DNA from: Gemmatimonadota bacterium
GTDB taxonomy: Bacteria; Gemmatimonadota; Gemmatimonadetes; Gemmatimonadales; Gemmatimonadaceae
Length of the DNA stretch: 64,000 nucleotides
Assembly (NCBI GenBank): GCA_041691775.1
Contig: JBEPUB010000013.1
Span: forward strand, 11,913 to 75,912
Direction: 5' to 3'
Part shown: piece by piece, positions 58,189 through 64,000 of the stretch
How the letters are laid out: each line of letters opens with the position of its first letter
Numbering within the stretch: the first letter of the stretch is position 1
Notes under the pieces: model-generated
Database searches by the model: none
Told to the model about the DNA's origin: nothing
What the model saw: only the letters and a program-made list of their open reading frames with translations
Translations under genes and position numbers: made by a program

Positions 58189-58647
58189 TCAGTGCTCAAC
58201 CTCGAGGTGTCCCATCATCCCCGTCGCGGCGTGTGGGTCGCACTGGAAGTAGTATTTTCCGGGCGCCAGGTTAACCGGTATGTCGAGCGTCTGACCAGGG
58301 AGCTGCAACATGTCGCTCGCGTGAGGAAGGTTTGTCTTCCCCGGGTTCGAATCGGGAAGAAAGTCGACGTTGTGAACGCCGGTCTTGAGCGTGAAGCGAA
58401 TCACATCGCCACGATGCACTTCGAACTTCGCCGGCTTGAAGTAGTTGCCCTTTTCATCACTGTTGAGCTCGACCACAACGACCTTTCCCGTAGGCGTCGC
58501 CACCGGCCCGCCCGAAGCGGCGGCCGCGGTCGAGCTTTGGGCGGCAGAACTGGTATCGGCTGCCGGGTTTGCATTTTCCTTGCCGCCGCAGGCGATCGTG
58601 AGCGTGGATGCGGCGATGATACTGAATAGTGTACGAACTGACTTCAT
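58189..58647 (-). CDS. cupredoxin (plastocyanin/pseudoazurin-like) lipoprotein
   Basis: True start ATG 58647 (MKSVRTLFSIIAASTLTIACGG, with a lipobox). Type-1 Cu ligand pattern: H in TGVHNVDF, and C-x2-H-x4-M in YYFQCDPHAATGMMGH. Confidence 0.8.
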   Translation of the reverse strand: MKSVRTLFSIIAASTLTIACGGKENANPAADTSSAAQSSTAAAASGGPVATPTGKVVVVELNSDEKGNYFKPAKFEVHRGDVIRFTLKTGVHNVDFLPDSNPGKTNLPHASDMLQLPGQTLDIPVNLAPGKYYFQCDPHAATGMMGHLEVEH

Positions 58648-58703
58648 GCTTTTCTCGAAGGTTGATTGTGGAGGAGCGGCTTGAAGGACTTCAACAGCGA
58701 GTC

Positions 58704-59492
58704 TCAGAAATCCTTGCGTTGAAACACGCGCATACCGAGCGCGATGGGCGCTGAGACCCATACGGTGAGTGCGGTGATCGTTACCGCCATCCCAACGGTG
58801 CCACCGAAGAATTTCAGGAATACAGCACCGGTATAGCCCATCATCGCGGAATTGTCGAACCGCAATAGCAATCCGACCCGGGCGATATCTATCGGATTTG
58901 CCATCATCATCGCCAGCGTTGCATGCTCCAACGGATAGTCGGACATCACGGCGAGTACAAACAGGACCAATCCATCATACACGACCGTGAGCAGCAGCCA
59001 GACCGCGATGGCTGTCCCCAGGCCGCGAAGCCGGTCCTCGCAGCGGACGGCAATCAATGTGGCTATTGCCGTGAAAACGAAGGTCAGGACGACCCCGGCC
59101 ACGAGAAGAGCGATTAGCGTCGTCCACGCAGCCGCGTCGATTCCATGCAGCAAAAATGGGACGCCAATGCCGAGCATGAACGCCAGTGCCAGCGGCAGCG
59201 CAAGGCCGACATAGAGCCCGGCGTAGGTCTGAGCGCGGTTTACGGGCTGCGCGAGAATCAACTCGATGAACTCGCGCGCGTTGTACAGGTACACCGTTCC
59301 AAATACGATCGCCACCAACGGCACCACGAACAGCACGACGCTCACCAGGCTGAGCTGGGCCTTGACGGGATCGCCGCTGAATCGAAGCAACCCGTCGGTC
59401 ACCAGCGCGAAGAAGATTGCGTACGCGATCAACCAACGACTCCGTACCGCATCGCGCGCCTGGTATTTTAGGACCTTGCGTATCGTGTTCAT
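58704..59492 (-). CDS. nosY: ABC-2 type permease NosY
   Basis: ATG 59492 overlaps the nosF stop (ATGA). About 262 aa with six TM segments. It is in the nosDFY position. Confidence 0.8.
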   Translation of the reverse strand: MNTIRKVLKYQARDAVRSRWLIAYAIFFALVTDGLLRFSGDPVKAQLSLVSVVLFVVPLVAIVFGTVYLYNAREFIELILAQPVNRAQTYAGLYVGLALPLALAFMLGIGVPFLLHGIDAAAWTTLIALLVAGVVLTFVFTAIATLIAVRCEDRLRGLGTAIAVWLLLTVVYDGLVLFVLAVMSDYPLEHATLAMMMANPIDIARVGLLLRFDNSAMMGYTGAVFLKFFGGTVGMAVTITALTVWVSAPIALGMRVFQRKDF

Positions 59493-60223
59493 GCGGCCGC
59501 CTTTATCCATCCGCGGCTCATCATCGTCGCGACGGCACGCTCGAGCGTGATCTGATTGGTGATTCGCTTGAGCTCGTCGAGTGTACCAACAAACGCAGCG
59601 CGCCCTTCCAGCATGAACGCGACGTCGTCCGCCAGCTCCTCGAGCTCGTTCATGATGTGCGATGTCACCACAACTGTCTTGCCGGCACCGCGCTCTGCAA
59701 GAATCTTGTCCTTGAGAATGCTGCTAGCCAATGGATCAAGCCCCGCTGTTGGCTCATCGAGTATCAGCAGTTGCGGGGAAAACAGGAACGCCATCGCAGC
59801 GTTGACTTTCTGCCGTGTTCCGCCGGACAGCACGCGTAGCGGCTGTTCCAGCGCCGCACCAAGTTCGAACGAGCTGATTAGCTCCACATCCTGCTCAGCG
59901 GTCTGCCCGCGAAGGTCCTTCAGCATGGCAATGAGCTCCGCGCCGGTAAGATTCTCGGGAAAGCGGGCGATCTGTGGCATGTACCCAATTCGCGCGCGAT
60001 AATCATCATGCCCAAGTACCTCTACGCCATCGACCATGATGCTTCCCGCGTCAGGCCTGGTCAGCCCAAGCACCGACTTGATGAGTGTCGTTTTGCCGGC
60101 GCCATTTGGCCCGACAATCGCGATCACTCGGCCCGCCCTCGCTGCCATATCTACTGAACGGAGCACTTCGAGCGTGCCGAACCGCTTCGACAGGTCGGTG
60201 ATCTGAATCTTTGGTCGGTTCAT
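59489..60223 (-). CDS. nosF: ABC ATPase NosF
   Basis: ATG 60223 overlaps the nosD stop (ATGA). Walker A GPNGAGKTT, signature LSGGTRQKV, Walker B LILDEP. Confidence 0.85.
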   Translation of the reverse strand: MNRPKIQITDLSKRFGTLEVLRSVDMAARAGRVIAIVGPNGAGKTTLIKSVLGLTRPDAGSIMVDGVEVLGHDDYRARIGYMPQIARFPENLTGAELIAMLKDLRGQTAEQDVELISSFELGAALEQPLRVLSGGTRQKVNAAMAFLFSPQLLILDEPTAGLDPLASSILKDKILAERGAGKTVVVTSHIMNELEELADDVAFMLEGRAAFVGTLDELKRITNQITLERAVATMMSRGWIKAAA

Positions 60224-61536
60224 TTTACCCATCGCATTGAGGGAGCGGAGTCCTCGAGAGTTGCCGGAGTCAGCGCCGGAAACGCGCGCTCCGCAGCGTC
60301 CAACAACTCCAGAAAGTTGCTGCGCAGTAGTATGAGAGCCGGCTCGTGCTCGGCAACGACGACCGATGTTAGCCGCACCGGGTGATGCGGCACATCTCCC
60401 TTACCGTCGCCATTCAGGTCGTAGCCCTCATACTGGGACCAGTAGTTGCCGATAAACTTCGAGCTTGTCGATCGGCTGTTGGTGCTGACGTCGAAAGTGT
60501 TGCCGGCGAAATTGTTGCCGATAAAGACGGCGTCCTCCGTGCTGGACTGAAGCTTCAGCGCCCAACCATTATCCAGAAACGTGTTGTGGCTCGCGTATAG
60601 CCGGGTGGCGCCGTCCGCGGAAAGACCAGATGTATTGCGAGCGAATATGTTGTCCACGAGCCGGCTGTCAGAGATCTCCTTGAGCAGCAGCCCGTATGCA
60701 GCCGCACCCTTGTTGTCCAGGAATCGATTGCCAATCATCTGCACATTGTGGGTGTACATGACGGCAACGCCAGCGCCGTTGTGCCGGAACGTATTGTTCT
60801 CGTAATCGCAACTGTCGGAGAACATGAAGTGCAGCCCGTAGCGAATGTTGTTCTCGCTCAGGTTGTCCCGCACATGTGCCTGCCGCACAAACTCGAAGTA
60901 GATCCCGTCCCGCTGGCCCGATACTTTGTTGCCCACGATGGTTATGTCCCGGGAATGCCAGAGATGTATTCCATTGCCGGAGGTCGCATCGCGTTCATGG
61001 GACGCCGAAATCACGTTCTTCTCAACTGTGCAGTCGGATGCTTCCTGGAGATAAATCCCAAAAAAAGCGTGTGCGATCCGATTGCCTGAGATCAGACAGT
61101 TGCGTCCGCGAATTACCTTGATCGCCGCAAGATCTTCCGTGTAGGCAACTCCCACATTTCGGAATTCGAGACCGCGCAGAGTAACGCTATCCGCGGTAAC
61201 CGTCATGATTTGCCGCTTGGACTCGCCGTCCAGGACGGGGTAGTGCTCGCCGATGATTGTGACGGGCTTGCTGACGACGATCGTCGTATCCCGGTACGTT
61301 CCCGAATGAACGATGATCGTGCCGCCACGCGCCACCAATGCGAGCGCAGCGGTAATACTGCGCACGGCACCGGTGGGTGACACGTTGACAACCGATGGTG
61401 ACCTGTTACTCTGAGCGGATACACCGCGAGGTGCCGACGCGACAGCTATCGCGGCGAGGAAAATTGTCGCCATGACAGTTGTTGCGGTCCGCAGCTGCAC
61501 GCCGGCCATCTCAGCTCTGTTAAGCGAGCGACGCAT
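60220..61536 (-). CDS. nosD: periplasmic beta-helix Cu-maturation protein NosD
   Basis: 438 aa with a signal peptide and repeated parallel beta-helix/PbH1-type repeats (..GIYLQEASDCTVEKN.., GNGIHLWHS.., DGIYFEF.., YGLHFMFS.., AGVAVMY..). Alternative starts are at 61509 and 61473. Confidence 0.85.
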   Translation of the reverse strand: MRRSLNRAEMAGVQLRTATTVMATIFLAAIAVASAPRGVSAQSNRSPSVVNVSPTGAVRSITAALALVARGGTIIVHSGTYRDTTIVVSKPVTIIGEHYPVLDGESKRQIMTVTADSVTLRGLEFRNVGVAYTEDLAAIKVIRGRNCLISGNRIAHAFFGIYLQEASDCTVEKNVISASHERDATSGNGIHLWHSRDITIVGNKVSGQRDGIYFEFVRQAHVRDNLSENNIRYGLHFMFSDSCDYENNTFRHNGAGVAVMYTHNVQMIGNRFLDNKGAAAYGLLLKEISDSRLVDNIFARNTSGLSADGATRLYASHNTFLDNGWALKLQSSTEDAVFIGNNFAGNTFDVSTNSRSTSSKFIGNYWSQYEGYDLNGDGKGDVPHHPVRLTSVVVAEHEPALILLRSNFLELLDAAERAFPALTPATLEDSAPSMRWVK

Positions 61537-62218
61537 TTGCTCGTAGCGTTCTTCGTGTCACAAGCAACGCGATCGCCGCCAGCCCAAACGCTCCCAGTGC
61601 AACCCAGGCGCCGATGTCGGGCCATGATACGGCCGTGAAGTTCAACAACTGCTTCACCCCCATGAGCGGTGGCTGGTAGTTCATGCCCGGTATCTTTATT
61701 ATCGCGTGCTGGAAATCGATGTTGTGCCCGTAGTCGTACTCCCATCGCCAGAAGTCAATCAGCCCCGCGACACCGACCACCAGAAAGGTCGCCAGCCACG
61801 CAATGAGGATCTTCCGCCGACCCATTAGCGTCGCGAGAAGTCCGAAAACGATCAGGGCACCCACGATCCACGGCATGTATTGGAGTTCCGGAATCGCCGA
61901 CGGCGTGATACGCTTCATGCCGATGTAATGATTGAGACCGTTGATGTTGGCCAGATCGTTGACCGACGCCCCACGCACGGTGCTGATGCTGATTCGCATC
62001 CCGAGCCCTTCGGGGTACTGCGGCGCGACGAGTTGCACGCGCCACAGGGGCACAAAGAAGAGTCCGACAAGAGCGAGCGATGCGAGCGCCATGAGCGCTC
62101 GCGCGAGGATCGGCATGCGCCCTTGGCCACGCACCTTCACCGTCCCGGACGGCGAGCTTGCCAGCACGGCTGCCGAAGGCCCCTCAAGATAGGTGCTACG
62201 CGCCTCTGCCTGCTGCAT
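61520..62218 (-). CDS. four-TM membrane protein directly downstream of nosZ (NosB-like)
   Basis: ATG 62218 shares one base with the nosZ TAA stop (TAATG). It contains LWRVQLVAPQYPEGLGM and four hydrophobic helices. The upstream 61 codons of ORF 61520..62401 overlap nosZ and are not coding. Confidence 0.6.
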   Translation of the reverse strand: MQQAEARSTYLEGPSAAVLASSPSGTVKVRGQGRMPILARALMALASLALVGLFFVPLWRVQLVAPQYPEGLGMRISISTVRGASVNDLANINGLNHYIGMKRITPSAIPELQYMPWIVGALIVFGLLATLMGRRKILIAWLATFLVVGVAGLIDFWRWEYDYGHNIDFQHAIIKIPGMNYQPPLMGVKQLLNFTAVSWPDIGAWVALGAFGLAAIALLVTRRTLRANASLA

Positions 62219-64000
62219 TATTTCTCTCCTCCAGTCGACACCTTTCCGTCCCGAATCTGCGCGCTCTTGCTCACGTTTGCCGAGAGCGGGACGTGCATGG
62301 CGGGCGACGATACCCGTACGTACCCCTGCATCTCCTGGTGTAGCGCAGAACAGAAGTCTGTGCAGTAGAAGGGGAAAATGCCGATCGACTGCGGCACCCA
62401 CTTCACGGTCCGGGTCTCGCCCGGCGGAAGCGTTACGCCAGACGTGTTCGCTCCGAACACCGCGAATCCGTGCGCAATGTCCCAGTCCTGTTCGATATTC
62501 GTGACATGGAAGTAGACCGTGTCGCCCAGCTCGATGCCTTCGAGGTTATCCGGCGCAAAGTGGCTGCGAATCGCTATCATCTTGACATCCACGCGCTTGC
62601 CCTTCCGGGTAATTCCACCTGCCGCCTCGGAAGTCGTCACATTCGGGTTCTTGTTGTCAGTCAACTTCTCGAACTTGATCGAACCTGGTCGCAACAGCGA
62701 CGCCGGAACAGCCTGCGCATAGTGCGGCTCACCGACGGTCGGGAAGTCGAGTAACATTTTCATCTTGTCGCCGCTGATGTCTATCAACTGCGCCGCCCGT
62801 GAACCTTCCGGGCCCGTTGGCAGGTAGCGATCCTTTGTAATCTTGTCCAGCGCAAGCAGATACTTGCCCCACGGATGCTGGCTATCGCCGCCCGGAATCA
62901 TCACATGGCCCACCGAGTAGTAAACCGGAATGCGATCCAGCACCTGCCACGTACCGAGCCTCCACTTCACCACTTCGGACGAGATGAACATCGACGTGTA
63001 GGCGTTGCCCTTGCCATCGAATTCTGTGTGCAACGGGCCGAGCCCGGGATTCTTCACCTCTCCAGCGATGACTGCATCGTACCTGATGACCGGAATGCCG
63101 TCGATCGTCTTTTCGAATTGCTTGTCGGCAATTGCCTTGATCATCCTGCTGTACGAATGCACAGGGATGACTGTGGCAAGCTTGCCACCCGCGACTATGT
63201 ACTCGCCGCTGGGATCTATATCCACGCCGTGCGGAGACTTGGGCGTCGGGAGATAGTAGGCCAACCCATCGCAGTCGGCCGGGTACAGCATCGTCACGCC
63301 GGTCTTCGTCTCACTCGTCGCGATGCGGGTCGCCGGATCCACATAGTTGTGTACATAACTACCACCAAACTTCTTTCCCTTGCCAGCCGCGATGCACTCC
63401 TCAGCACGCTTGTAGTTGATCGCCGCGATGTAGTCCTTATCAGCCTGTGAAGCGTTCACTTCGAGCTTGGTGTTCGCTTCCTCGGAGTTGTATGTCGTGA
63501 AGAAGAACCATCCGTCGGATGGTCCCTTGCCGGCATGCCCCAGGTCGTAATCGAATCCTGGCATCATTATCTGGAAAGCGACGTCCATCTTGCCGGGCTT
63601 ATCGGCAGTGACAAAAGTGATGGTTCCCTTGAAGTTCTGCTTGTAACTGTTGATGGGAACATCTTTCTGCGGGATTGGAACGCTGAACCGGGTCGCCGAG
63701 ACGACGTACTTCGTGTCCGGTGTCGCAAATGGCGACGCGTGACCGCCGGCCGCATTGGGAATCTGCAGAATCTCTGTAGTCTCGAACCTCTTCAGATCGA
63801 TACGAGCTATGCGCGGTGTGTTGTTTCCATTGATGAAGAGCCAGCGTCCATCCGGCACACCGTTGGTAAGCGACATTTCCGTGTGGTGGGCATCATCCCA
63901 CGGTACGAAACCGAACGTCGTGTTCAGCATCGCCTTGGAATCCTCGTCGTAGCCATAGCCCGTTTGCGGGAACTGCGAGAAGACCGGGATCTGCTTGAAT
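62218..64000 (-). CDS. nosZ: nitrous-oxide reductase NosZ, C-terminal roughly 590 aa (N-terminus lies beyond the window end)
   Basis: The frame stays open through 63931-64000 (..FKQIPVFSQFPQTGYGYDEDSKA-MLNTTFG..). Seven-bladed propeller His motifs are present (WDDAHHTEMS). The CuA site is FYCTDFCSALHQEM. There is no C-terminal haem motif. Confidence 0.92.
   Translation of the reverse strand, partial: FKQIPVFSQFPQTGYGYDEDSKAMLNTTFGFVPWDDAHHTEMSLTNGVPDGRWLFINGNNTPRIARIDLKRFETTEILQIPNAAGGHASPFATPDTKYVVSATRFSVPIPQKDVPINSYKQNFKGTITFVTADKPGKMDVAFQIMMPGFDYDLGHAGKGPSDGWFFFTTYNSEEANTKLEVNASQADKDYIAAINYKRAEECIAAGKGKKFGGSYVHNYVDPATRIATSETKTGVTMLYPADCDGLAYYLPTPKSPHGVDIDPSGEYIVAGGKLATVIPVHSYSRMIKAIADKQFEKTIDGIPVIRYDAVIAGEVKNPGLGPLHTEFDGKGNAYTSMFISSEVVKWRLGTWQVLDRIPVYYSVGHVMIPGGDSQHPWGKYLLALDKITKDRYLPTGPEGSRAAQLIDISGDKMKMLLDFPTVGEPHYAQAVPASLLRPGSIKFEKLTDNKNPNVTTSEAAGGITRKGKRVDVKMIAIRSHFAPDNLEGIELGDTVYFHVTNIEQDWDIAHGFAVFGANTSGVTLPPGETRTVKWVPQSIGIFPFYCTDFCSALHQEMQGYVRVSSPAMHVPLSANVSKSAQIRDGKVSTGGEK

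Noticed and set aside
58343-58353. gggttcgaatc, a tRNA T-arm-like motif
   Set aside because: It lies inside the cupredoxin CDS. There is no acceptor or anticodon stem context around it. I found no tRNA in the window.

Overview
GC-rich chromosomal window from a diderm bacterium. The gene content (nosZ followed by a nosB-like gene, a CarboxypepD_reg-type TonB receptor, many starts without a Shine-Dalgarno) resembles Gemmatimonadota or Acidobacteriota, but that is only a guess. I count about 50 protein genes. I found no rRNA, tRNA, CRISPR array, transposase or integrase.

Main blocks, in order:
1. A cusCBA-type Cu/Ag RND efflux operon (0.3-6.8 kb).
2. zwf plus an orphan NarL-type response regulator.
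3. A 12.5-kb co-directional minus-strand energy island: PPK2, an HPF-like protein, then ackA-xfp joined without any spacer to a complete N-type ATPase operon (beta-epsilon-Q-R-a-c-b-alpha-gamma, no delta gene).
4. A TonB-dependent receptor followed by a YnjBCD-like ABC importer.
5. Two flavoprotein disulfide reductases flanking a decayed lgt remnant.
6. A RsrA/SigR-like ECF operon carrying membrane-lipid genes.
7. A DtxR/MntR regulator with an Nramp transporter whose metal site is non-canonical.
8. An uncharacterised three-gene cassette with its own promoter: a small beta-rich protein, a putative OM barrel, and an 853-aa protein that looks like an alpha/beta hydrolase split by about 10 TM helices.
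9. A cytochrome c-FTR1 iron permease.
10. A nos cluster (nosZ partial, nosB-like, nosD, nosF, nosY), then a cupredoxin lipoprotein and a compact TPCP-motif P1B ATPase.

Non-coding highlights are two copies of a roughly 270-310 bp palindromic MITE-like or structured element with collinear conserved internal blocks, and several 12-15 bp tandem micro-duplications, three of them in frame inside genes.

The candidates I rank highest for novelty are the ackA-xfp/N-ATPase super-operon and the split-hydrolase cassette. All functional calls come from motif recognition by eye. No database search was run.
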